Source: Verrucomicrobiota bacterium
GTDB taxonomy: Bacteria > Verrucomicrobiota > Verrucomicrobiia > Chthoniobacterales > UBA6821
Direction of reading: 5' to 3'
DNA: 64,000 nt
Assembly: GCA_021413925.1 (NCBI GenBank)
Contig: JAIOPL010000015.1
Location: forward strand, 41,409-105,408
The notes under the pieces were generated by a model that saw only the letters and a program-made list of their open reading frames with translations, was not told where the DNA came from and did not search any database. Shown one piece after another: positions 27,750 through 36,251 of the stretch. The position numbers and the translations under genes were made by a program. The number at the start of each line of letters is the position of its first letter. Position 1 is the first letter of the stretch.

Positions 27750-28358
27750 ATGACAACTGATATGCTGAGGATCGGGATCCTAGGGATCATGTGCCTTTTC
27801 GGCCTCTTCTCATGCCAGTCGCAGGGTGAGGAAGCAAATCGCGCAATTGAGCAAACAACTCTCGTCGTTAGCGTACGGGATCAGAAGATGGCGCTCATCA
27901 AGGAAGGTCGTCCACTTGTGATGTATCCCGTCTCGACATCCCGATTCGGAACCGGAGACAGACCGGGAAGCTACGCCACCCCACTGGGTCAACTGGTGGT
28001 ACGTAAGAAGATAGGGAAGGGTTGCCGGTTGGGCACCGTCTTTAAGACAAGGATACCCACGGGCGAGGTGCTGCCTCCGAATGCACCAGGACGGGATCCC
28101 ATCGTGAGTAGGATTCTTTGGCTTGATGGTCTGGAACCTCAGAACCGTCATGCCTTTGCCCGGTGCATCTATATTCATGGCACCCCACAGGAGAACCTAC
28201 TTGGTAAACCCGTCAGCTACGGCTGTATCCGGATGCGCTCCAAGGATGTTGTATCCCTAGCCGATTCACTACCTACAGGGACACAAGTTATAATCACTTC
28301 CGACCATTTGCCAAAAGAGCACGCTGCTCATCAGAGACTTCTGGCGGCTGTGTTCTAA
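27750..28358 (+). CDS. L,D-transpeptidase (YkuD domain) lipoprotein
   Basis: IYIHGTPQENLLGKPVSYGCIRMRSKDV is the YkuD catalytic His/Cys signature. Paralogous to 62026..62589 and 62643..63299. Confidence 0.85.
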   Translation: MTTDMLRIGILGIMCLFGLFSCQSQGEEANRAIEQTTLVVSVRDQKMALIKEGRPLVMYPVSTSRFGTGDRPGSYATPLGQLVVRKKIGKGCRLGTVFKTRIPTGEVLPPNAPGRDPIVSRILWLDGLEPQNRHAFARCIYIHGTPQENLLGKPVSYGCIRMRSKDVVSLADSLPTGTQVIITSDHLPKEHAAHQRLLAAVF

Positions 28359-28392
28359 TTATTTCCGTACTATCGAACTGGGCGGATTCTAT

Positions 28393-28782
28393 GTGGTTTG
28401 CACGAGCAATATCGGCTCCCAGCAGCTGATGAGACCCACTCGGCTACCATTTGCAACACTGGAGAGGGCAGTACTGGCAGAGCTTCACCGGCACTTCAGG
28501 CCAGAACTGATTGGGAGGTTCGATGAGAAGATCGTTTTTAAGCCCCTCTCACCGGAGACCCGGAGGGAGATCGCGATGATCGTGATCGGCGAAGAAATCG
28601 AGCGTTATCGCAAGATGGGACTCGATCTCGCAGTGGATGCAGAAACCGTTGAAATGCTCGTCCGGAAGGGAATTACCAAGGGCTTAGGTGCCCGTCCCAT
28701 GAAACGTACAGTTCAGAAGTTTTTGGGGGATGTTGTTAGGGAGAGGATTAAGAACTTAGGGGGCGTAGACTCGGCCATGTAG
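28393..28782 (+). pseudogene. 5'-truncated Clp/Hsp100 AAA+ ATPase fragment (C-terminal D2-small domain only)
   Basis: Begins at VCTSNIGS (the sensor-1 TSN region). Continues FRPELIGRFDEKIVFKPLS...GARPMKRTVQKFL, matching the last ~130 aa of ClpA/ClpB-type proteins. Nothing upstream encodes the remaining ~700 aa. Confidence 0.7.
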
Positions 28783-29299
28783 TTAGAAGAATCTCAGTAA
28801 ATCCATGGGAGTCGAATGCTTCGAGATGAGTAATGGGAATTTGAAGACTCGTCGCGATAAGATTGGCATGATGCAATTCATTTTCTTGATGATGTTTGAT
28901 ATGAGCCTCATCAACATACACACCATCACGCTCTCTTAGGCGAAGGCTGATTAAATGAGGTAAATCATGGAAAACTACGATTGCATCGAGAGAAAGACGA
29001 TTGAAAAACTCAATCGAGATTTCAACGATCTCATTGATGTCATTCAAAAGAGTAAAATGACCATCTAGAATAAGTTTTTGACCAATTAACACTAGTTTCC
29101 TGTGAACTCCATGAATTAGGATTTCCTGATTTGCGTTAGTGTTTTTTTGTAAATTCGAATCGACTAAAGCATTCTCTAAAGATTCGTTCTTGATAATCTC
29201 ACTAGCGGTGAAATGTGGTATAAACAATTCTTTTCCGACCCGACTGCATATGGTCGTCTTACCAACACCATGTACCCCAGCTACAAATAATATACCCAT
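28748..29299 (-). CDS. P-loop NTPase / small kinase-like protein
   Basis: Walker A motif GVHGVGKTT at the N-terminus. 183 aa, AT-rich. Starts 2 nt after the upstream ASCH gene. Confidence 0.65.
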   Translation of the reverse strand: MGILFVAGVHGVGKTTICSRVGKELFIPHFTASEIIKNESLENALVDSNLQKNTNANQEILIHGVHRKLVLIGQKLILDGHFTLLNDINEIVEISIEFFNRLSLDAIVVFHDLPHLISLRLRERDGVYVDEAHIKHHQENELHHANLIATSLQIPITHLEAFDSHGFTEILLTTWPSLRPLSS

Positions 29300-29301
29300 C
29301 G

Positions 29302-29724
29302 TTAATTGAGATGTTTTTCCAAGCGGATCATGTCTTTTTTATTAACGTAACTAAAAGATTGAGGAGCCCGGAATCTCTTCCCAAAGATATTTATAGGCAG
29401 CAAAGGTTTTTTAAACGGGCGTACGGTGGTTAGCTCGATGCCGTAGGCCTTTTTCTTGCCATGAAGGTATGCGGTAAGTTTGTTTTTGGAGATTCCTCCG
29501 CCGACTTTAGCTGAAAGTTCGCATAATTTATTTGGTGAGGCTATCGTAACTTTTTTGACGCGAGCAACAGCAACTATATGTTGAACCGGGCTCGTAGCGT
29601 AAATCACGATTTTGTCGACAGGATACGCTGCCCAACAGCGCCTAAATTCAATACGCTTTTTACCTGAAAGAATCTGGTCAGTATAACACGGATGAATGGA
29701 TATCAGAATTGATCTACTTTCCAT
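29302..29724 (-). CDS. ASCH domain protein
   Basis: ILISIHPCYTDQILSGKKRIEFRR...KIVIYATSPVQHIVAVARVKKV is the classic ASCH (PUA-like) pattern. Confidence 0.78.
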   Translation of the reverse strand: MESRSILISIHPCYTDQILSGKKRIEFRRCWAAYPVDKIVIYATSPVQHIVAVARVKKVTIASPNKLCELSAKVGGGISKNKLTAYLHGKKKAYGIELTTVRPFKKPLLPINIFGKRFRAPQSFSYVNKKDMIRLEKHLN

Positions 29725-31189
29725 ATTTCATTATTAGATTAAGTGATTCATCTGAGATTTTAGTGATGCTTTGAGGGGACTTCTTTAAAACACAATTGCT
29801 TATGAGCCAATCGAGTGGTGCTTGATGTTCGAAGTGCTGAATTAAACGGAAAAGCATAACTCTTGTCTCTTTACATGCCATTAACTTTATTTCTTCCATC
29901 TTATAGACAGTCCGTCGCCTTACTTTGCTGGCGATTGCATCTGCGTCTTGAAGCGTATTATACGTTTCGACTACACCTAGACTTGTTACTGCTTGTTCAT
30001 CTTTAGAGCGATAAAACAATACGATATCTCCAGGAGACATTGTCTTTGTTGGAGAATTGCATAAATAAGCTAACTTAATTGCATTTCCTGCAGAATTATC
30101 TTGAGTGAAGAAATCTAATTGTTGATTTTTCTGATTATAGTCTGGGAACAGTATATTGTGAAATCTAGGTAGTATAGGTACGATAAATTTTCCTATAGAT
30201 GCATCTGATCGGAAATGCGGGAAGTATTTCTTTAGGTAAATGAAAGCATCGATCGCTTCACTAGGTGGCAGCACCGGATGCTGCTTTATATAAACTGCGT
30301 CTCTCCCATTAGAACCGGCATGGCTTCCAACTCGAGAAAAGCCGAAATCTTGCAGCATTTCAAAAAGGAAGTGATGTTGTTCGACATCTCCATGGATGAA
30401 GATATTTTGTATCTTATTAGCAGTTGCATAACGAAACGCTGCCTTTAAAAATAGCTCCCCGATCTTCCGTCCTCGCACTGATTCTCCCACTTTGAAGGTA
30501 CATAACTTGAGAGCTGCACCCGGCAACCTCATTCCCTCAGCTGTAATGACCTCATCGTCCTGCTGTGCATAAATACAAAGCGCTCCAATACGACCTGAGT
30601 CCTCCCACGAAACCCAGGCCCTATTCCCATCTTTGGCTTTGGCATGAAACCAGTTGTCAAATGTTGGGTATCCTGCTCTTAAGCTAGTAAAGAAATCCGT
30701 TTCAAGGAGTGGAGTAAGCGAATAAAGAGGGACTTCCTCAATGTTTGGAAGCTCGACAGCGACTTTTGAGTGTAGACGCCGAAGTAAATCCTCCGCCGTC
30801 TGGATAGTGTAAACCTGTTCGACCAGCCCATATTTTTTGGCCTTCTCGTGAATTCCCTGATCCTCTGTTACCAGGGCATGAACTGCAGAGCATTTTAAGG
30901 CGTAGAGTATCTCATTGTCCGCTGCATCGTTTGGATTTGTCTCTGGTGTATTCCAGGGAGAGGCGGGGGCACGGTCAAGCCGAGGGTATTGTTTGATGCG
31001 ATCCAGATTCTGCTTCAGCCGCTTCGGATCAGTATCGCGTCTAAAATCAGTTTCAGATGCAGGGTGATGGACTAGTTGATGCCCATTTTCGTTTGCCAAA
31101 CGCACAAAGTTAGCCAGACCTGTTTTCAACACATGACTCGAGTCCTCAAGGGGAATAAGTATATTCGTATCGAGAAGAAAGCGCATCAT
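29714..31189 (-). CDS. Three-domain protein: PIN-like nuclease, GNAT acetyltransferase, C-terminal PUA-like (EVE/ASCH-like) domain
   Basis: N-terminus MMRFLLDTNILIPLED...LVTEDQG carries PIN-type acidic residues. Middle section FKVGESVRGRKIGELFLKAAFRYA is GNAT motif A. C-terminus MSPGDIVLFYRSKDEQAVTSLGVVE is PUA-like. 11-nt overlap with the ASCH gene. Confidence 0.65.
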   Translation of the reverse strand: MMRFLLDTNILIPLEDSSHVLKTGLANFVRLANENGHQLVHHPASETDFRRDTDPKRLKQNLDRIKQYPRLDRAPASPWNTPETNPNDAADNEILYALKCSAVHALVTEDQGIHEKAKKYGLVEQVYTIQTAEDLLRRLHSKVAVELPNIEEVPLYSLTPLLETDFFTSLRAGYPTFDNWFHAKAKDGNRAWVSWEDSGRIGALCIYAQQDDEVITAEGMRLPGAALKLCTFKVGESVRGRKIGELFLKAAFRYATANKIQNIFIHGDVEQHHFLFEMLQDFGFSRVGSHAGSNGRDAVYIKQHPVLPPSEAIDAFIYLKKYFPHFRSDASIGKFIVPILPRFHNILFPDYNQKNQQLDFFTQDNSAGNAIKLAYLCNSPTKTMSPGDIVLFYRSKDEQAVTSLGVVETYNTLQDADAIASKVRRRTVYKMEEIKLMACKETRVMLFRLIQHFEHQAPLDWLISNCVLKKSPQSITKISDESLNLIMKYGK

Positions 31190-31362
31190 GCGGTGAGATG
31201 TGTGACTTTTTTTCTAAGAGAATAAACGCAAGTCAAGATCAAGCAGTCGGATCTACTCGAGGACCTAGAGGTATCTATTCCGAAGGGGTTCTAGGTCGCT
31301 TGGCTGCCATGGATTATACATCAAGTCGCGATGCTGACGCATTTATTTTTCAAACCAATGAC

Positions 31363-32637
31363 TTACGCTTTCACCATGGGTAGCTCCCCCCAGCTTGTCG
31401 TGTAGTGCGGGGAATGACGTTCGGCTTTCATCCTCCAGCCTTTACCTGATCGTTCTGTCCCCTGGGAGGCGCGGGTGATCACGGGGTTCTTGGGATCACC
31501 CATGCGGCGGTTGATCTCATCCACGATCTTGTCCACATCGATCCTGCCTGCTTGTGGCTGATCAAAGAGACTGGGTTGGTACTCATCCTCGGCAACGAGG
31601 TTGACCAGCTGAACCCCGGTCTTCTTGTAGCGGTAGCCTGGACGATAGATCTGACGGAGAAACTCCCTGGCAATAGTCATCAACTCCGCTGCTGAAGAGG
31701 TGGGTCTATCCAGCGTGATGGCAATCCCACGGGAATACTGGGGCTCATCCTTCTTGAAGCGGTTGGTCTGGAGGAAGACTTCCATCCTGGTAGCCAGTAG
31801 TCCGTATCGGCGGATCTTCTCGCTGGCGCGGGCAACATGGTTGGCAAGGGACTCTTCCAACTCCTCTAGGCCCTCTACAGGTCTTCCGAATGAGCGGCTG
31901 GCCATCACCCCCTTGCGATCAGGTGGCATCTCTTCCAGTTCCATGCAGGGAATGCCATTTAGTTCCCGGAGCATCCGCTCGCCTATCACCCCCATGCTCT
32001 TCCGGATTGCAGCTGGGTCAGCCTGTTTGAATTCCAAGGCGGTCTTGACGCCCATTCCCCTCAGCCGTTGAGCGAGGTTCTTCCCAACGCCCCAGAGGTC
32101 GCCGGTTTCCATTCCGGAGAGAATCCCATCCGGATCCCAGTAGCTGGTCAGATCAAAGACGCCCCCAGTGACAGCCTTGTTCTTCTTGGCGTGGCGGTTG
32201 GCTGCTTTGGCCAGCAGCTTGGTGGAACCAATTCCAATGCAGACGGGAATGCCAGTCCACTGCAGCACCTTGGCTCTGAGTGCTCGGGCCTGCTCCTCGG
32301 TGAATCCTGCTGAAACCTGAAGGAAAGCCTCGTCGATGGAGTAGACTTCGATGGCGGGAACCTCGTCCCTGAGGATGCTCATCACCCTGGCGCTCATGTC
32401 CCCGTAGAGTGTGTAATTGCTGCTGAAAACGTGGACCCCGTATTTTCGGATCACCGCCTGCGGTTCATGGAGGGGCGCACCCATGGGAATACCCAAGGCC
32501 TTGGCCTCGTCGCTGCGGGAGATGATGCAGCCATCGTTGTTGGAAAGCACCACCACCGGCTTCCCCATGAGCGCGGGGTTAAAGACCCGCTCGCAGGAGC
32601 AGAAGAAGTTGTTGCAATCGACGAGGGCAACTTTCAC
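31363..32637 (-). CDS. umuC: Y-family translesion DNA polymerase V catalytic subunit (UmuC-like)
   Basis: MKVALVDCNNFFCSCERVFNPALMGKPVVVLSNNDGCIISRSDEAKALGI is the canonical UmuC/ImpB N-terminus. 424 aa. Confidence 0.9.
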   Translation of the reverse strand: MKVALVDCNNFFCSCERVFNPALMGKPVVVLSNNDGCIISRSDEAKALGIPMGAPLHEPQAVIRKYGVHVFSSNYTLYGDMSARVMSILRDEVPAIEVYSIDEAFLQVSAGFTEEQARALRAKVLQWTGIPVCIGIGSTKLLAKAANRHAKKNKAVTGGVFDLTSYWDPDGILSGMETGDLWGVGKNLAQRLRGMGVKTALEFKQADPAAIRKSMGVIGERMLRELNGIPCMELEEMPPDRKGVMASRSFGRPVEGLEELEESLANHVARASEKIRRYGLLATRMEVFLQTNRFKKDEPQYSRGIAITLDRPTSSAAELMTIAREFLRQIYRPGYRYKKTGVQLVNLVAEDEYQPSLFDQPQAGRIDVDKIVDEINRRMGDPKNPVITRASQGTERSGKGWRMKAERHSPHYTTSWGELPMVKA

Positions 32638-32649
32638 GAAATTAAATCA

Positions 32650-33399
32650 CTAACTAACTGGCTTTTTTGCTTTGTTAATCCTTTTAGCAAGTTTTCCAAG
32701 ATGGATCCGGTTTTTCAAAAACAACTCTTCAAGTGCATGTTCCATCAGTTTGAATGAACTGATAACATCCTTCCTGGCAGAAATAGAATGTGCTCCATCA
32801 TTTCCTATCCACTTAATTGCTCTGAGCTTTTCTGCAACATCAGGCTTCTTTTCACTAAAAAAAGAAATTCTTTTATCAAGACATATTCTAACCCTCTTTT
32901 GTTTTTTATTTATAGCATACTTTTTAACCTTATAGTGATCCATTAATCTTTCCACAGCAATACGAACAGAATTAGCTGAAGATGATGGGCTTTTCCAAAA
33001 TTGAGAAAAGGCCTCAAGTAAAGCCAGAGAAACATCTTCTGGATATACTTTATGTAATTTAAAGATGTGTATTGGAGGAGTGAAATATTCCGGAAATAAT
33101 AAAGATGTGTATTGTTGTTGATTGGACAAGGTATTAATTTCCTCTTTAGTGTTAAAGTTTCCGACACAATATATATTTTCATTACATTCTTTATTTGGAC
33201 ATACAAGTCGTAAAAAAAATACTCCCGAATAATACTCAGGACTGCTATCAGCATACTCCATGCAAAACCAAGAATCAGCGGATTGAGCAAAATCAGGTTT
33301 TTTATTGTTAGCCCTAAGCTGAAAATCACACTTTGGGCATACAAATAAATTAAAATCATCGATGCTTAAGCTAGCCTTTAGTAATTGTGATTTTATCAT
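32650..33399 (-). CDS. Zinc-ribbon plus DUF4145-like protein inserted between umuD and umuC
   Basis: AT-rich. Cys pairs CPKCDFQL...CPNKECNENIYC. C-terminal IKWIGNDGAHS resembles the DUF4145 (R/K)xxGNxxxH motif. ATGA-type 4-nt overlap with the umuD stop. Confidence 0.6.
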   Translation of the reverse strand: MIKSQLLKASLSIDDFNLFVCPKCDFQLRANNKKPDFAQSADSWFCMEYADSSPEYYSGVFFLRLVCPNKECNENIYCVGNFNTKEEINTLSNQQQYTSLLFPEYFTPPIHIFKLHKVYPEDVSLALLEAFSQFWKSPSSSANSVRIAVERLMDHYKVKKYAINKKQKRVRICLDKRISFFSEKKPDVAEKLRAIKWIGNDGAHSISARKDVISSFKLMEHALEELFLKNRIHLGKLAKRINKAKKPVS

Positions 33400-33824
33400 T
33401 TAGCCTGATGGATGATGTAGGTAACAGATCCCCAGATCGTTAGTTCCTGATTCTCACCGACCTCAATGGGGGCGAAGGAATCATTGGCAGCCTCCAAGGT
33501 GATTCTGCCATTTACCTTGCGGAACCGTTTCACGGTGAATTCCCCGTCGATCATGGCCACCACGATCTGACGGTCAGTTGGGGTGACTGACTTATCGACG
33601 ATCAGGGTATCTCCTGTATGGATTCCAGCATCACGCATCGATTCCCCTTTGACACGGACAAGGAAAGTTGCGGCAGGATTGCGGATCAGTTCCTCGTTAA
33701 GGTCGATCCCCCGCTCGAGGTGGTCGTCTGCTGGGGATGGAAAGCCTGCCTCCACGGACGCAGAAACCAGCGGGAGCTTCAGGCTTGTGCGCTTTTCAAA
33801 AGGGACGGGTGTGGAGAGAGACAT
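33396..33824 (-). CDS. umuD: UmuD-like S24 peptidase (polymerase V accessory subunit)
   Basis: VEAGFPSPA contains the Ala-Gly self-cleavage site. GESM provides the Ser nucleophile and the Lys lies in FTVKRF. 142 aa. Confidence 0.9.
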   Translation of the reverse strand: MSLSTPVPFEKRTSLKLPLVSASVEAGFPSPADDHLERGIDLNEELIRNPAATFLVRVKGESMRDAGIHTGDTLIVDKSVTPTDRQIVVAMIDGEFTVKRFRKVNGRITLEAANDSFAPIEVGENQELTIWGSVTYIIHQAK

Positions 33825-33845
33825 GATCGTAAGGGCGAACGCTCA

Positions 33846-36230
33846 TCAGATCTGTGAGAGCGATTCAATAGTTGCCGTCACATCTGCAAAAGTGTCTTTC
33901 CATTCTGATTCTACATCATAGTGGTGGGATACGAATCTCACACCGTCAGATTCCACACGGCTGAAAAAGTAGCAGGCATTTTTTGCACTACGAGGCGAAG
34001 GCCCAACCTGAATAAGAGGGAGAAGTTTTAAAGCTCCAGGGGAGCCCTTCTTATACAGATAAAGGCGCTCTACATCGAGCCAGATAGACATTGATCGATT
34101 CTCCTTCAGGAACTCGCTATTGCTCCCCATCTGAATTGAAACCTCATTTTCAAAGAGACCCCGTCTAGGGGTGCATGTTTGGGAGTGAATCAACTGCGTT
34201 TCTACCCATACATCCTCGAAGACCTCACGAAGCTTTTGGAGTTCTGCTAGAAGCATTTCATTCCTGTACCTTGCTTCCTCTGGGCTTACCAAGCCCCCGT
34301 GTCCTTTCCAGTCATTCCTCATTTTATTTGTGGCTGCAAAGATAGGTGAGAGCTCGGGACGGCTTAACATTCTTGGAAGAACCAGGGAGCGATCAGAGAA
34401 TAACTCAGCACAAAGGTCTCTACTGTTGGCGGTTTCCTCAGGGTCCTTCTTCTCTGCTAAGAGTTCTCTTGTTCTAGCGCCAAGAAACTCGCTGACGCAC
34501 TTCCATGTTCCAAATGTAGCGCGCCTGAATGTCAGGTTTTGCTTTTGCATGGCGTTATTGAGCCTTTCTTTGATGGGCGTGAAAATAGGCTCGTTAGAGC
34601 TATAGGCGCTCAGAAGAATAACGCTCAGAAACTCTGCTGTGCCCTCGAAGAAGTCGATCAGATGCTCGTATTTTGATTTGTAATCGTTACTCGGTGTGGC
34701 CTGCCATGCCCTCAGAATAGACGCCATTGGAAATGGAAGGGTCTCGAACCACTGATCGAGTCTCTCCGCTGCATGTTCTTTGACCCCGGTTCCAAGTCTC
34801 TTTGAAAGGACAGCTAGCTTTTTCTCAGCATCGGATGATGAGCTGGGATTTCCCCAAAGATCCCGGCGGATTTCACTCAACTCGCCTTGCAGCGCAAGCA
34901 TCGTGTTTTGCTCCTCAGCAATACGGGCTTCTACATCAAGAACCAGTTGTTGTGTTTTTAGATCAGGAACAAAAACTCCTATGTACTGTAGCGACTCCTT
35001 GTTGAGTCTCGGAATAGTTGATCCCTTTTGGTTGCTGTATCGCAGCTCTTTGCCGAGGTCTGAATTCAGGAACCTTGCTACAAAAGCCGCGCTTGATCGG
35101 CTGGGGTCAATTGTAACCTGAGCATAGTTGTGTGTCTTGATGGCAAGCTCATCAATCGATGTAACGACATCACGGCTTCCGATTAGGGGGATGTAGAGCG
35201 AGTTCTCTCTATCCTCGAAAGCAAAGTCCTTGTCGATTCGTCCAAGTGTAATGGATGTCGAGAGATCGCACAGGGGGATAGCTGCCCCCCCAAATCTAGC
35301 TTCTGCCTCCTTGAGGCGTTCTTCTGCCCTTATTGATGCAAGCCCTCTATATGTGGTCGGTTCAACAAAGCGGCCCATTTCGAGAGAGCCGCCCTCTTTA
35401 CGCAGGGTCATGTTCTCTAGGATCTGTGAGTTCATTTTTTGATCATTGGAGAGTTGACCCACAAACATTGGGCCGCTTTCAGAGCGCGTTATGATCACAA
35501 GAACAGTTGAAATCTCTGTATAGGGAGAAAAAGTCCCCTGAGGGAGGGTCAATGCCGCCTCTGCTTTCAGCCCTATTAACCCGAAATGTCTGAATACCGA
35601 ACGGTTGCTGTTAAAAAACTGGGGTGTAACGATAAATGCACCTATTCCGGTTTCCGGTATCTGTCGCATGGTGTGAACCATCAACAGATGTGCAAAGTCA
35701 TCACGAAGGGTGATTACCCCCTCCTCACCAGCATCTACCTCCAATGGTGAAGAATGCCGAAGACCAAATGGGAGAGATGAGATGATCAGGTCGTATTGTT
35801 TGAAATCCGACTCAAGCAATTGGTGTGTCCCCACACAATGCCACTCGATTTCAGGAAAGAGGATTTTTCCGAGGGAGTATTCACTCTGATTGACAGTAAA
35901 TGCGGAAGCGCTCCTCGCTTCACATAGAAGATTCACATGCCCAATTAGGGATCCGTTACCTGCCCAAGGATCGCAAATTGCTTTCGCATTTCTGATTTTT
36001 GCGAATTCTCCGATGAAAGTAGCTAGCCAGCTTGGGGGTTGGCAGACTCCAGCACCTCGTCCTATACGGCTAGAGAATAGCATTCTGAACTGTTGCACCT
36101 GATCCTCGGGTAATGAGGACATCTTCCTTTTAATAAATCTCGCGAGTTCCTCCGCCCCGAGGAACTCGATCCCTTTCATTTCATCCAGCATAGCTTTCTG
36201 GCTTGGAGTAAGTCTTCTATCAGGGTTCAT
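33846..36230 (-). CDS. Fusion protein: N6-adenine-type DNA methylase core, HsdS-like target-recognition segment, ~330-aa uncharacterised C-terminal domain with Rx5H motif
   Basis: Motif I is ICDPWAGNGSL. Motif IV is the variant DLIISSLPFGL. The TRD-like tail is GSTIPRLNKESLQYIGVFVPDLKTQQLVLDVEARI. The C-terminal domain contains NKMRNDWKGHGG. Confidence 0.7.
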   Translation of the reverse strand: MNPDRRLTPSQKAMLDEMKGIEFLGAEELARFIKRKMSSLPEDQVQQFRMLFSSRIGRGAGVCQPPSWLATFIGEFAKIRNAKAICDPWAGNGSLIGHVNLLCEARSASAFTVNQSEYSLGKILFPEIEWHCVGTHQLLESDFKQYDLIISSLPFGLRHSSPLEVDAGEEGVITLRDDFAHLLMVHTMRQIPETGIGAFIVTPQFFNSNRSVFRHFGLIGLKAEAALTLPQGTFSPYTEISTVLVIITRSESGPMFVGQLSNDQKMNSQILENMTLRKEGGSLEMGRFVEPTTYRGLASIRAEERLKEAEARFGGAAIPLCDLSTSITLGRIDKDFAFEDRENSLYIPLIGSRDVVTSIDELAIKTHNYAQVTIDPSRSSAAFVARFLNSDLGKELRYSNQKGSTIPRLNKESLQYIGVFVPDLKTQQLVLDVEARIAEEQNTMLALQGELSEIRRDLWGNPSSSSDAEKKLAVLSKRLGTGVKEHAAERLDQWFETLPFPMASILRAWQATPSNDYKSKYEHLIDFFEGTAEFLSVILLSAYSSNEPIFTPIKERLNNAMQKQNLTFRRATFGTWKCVSEFLGARTRELLAEKKDPEETANSRDLCAELFSDRSLVLPRMLSRPELSPIFAATNKMRNDWKGHGGLVSPEEARYRNEMLLAELQKLREVFEDVWVETQLIHSQTCTPRRGLFENEVSIQMGSNSEFLKENRSMSIWLDVERLYLYKKGSPGALKLLPLIQVGPSPRSAKNACYFFSRVESDGVRFVSHHYDVESEWKDTFADVTATIESLSQI

Positions 36231-36251
36231 GGTTATCTATGTTTGATGGGA

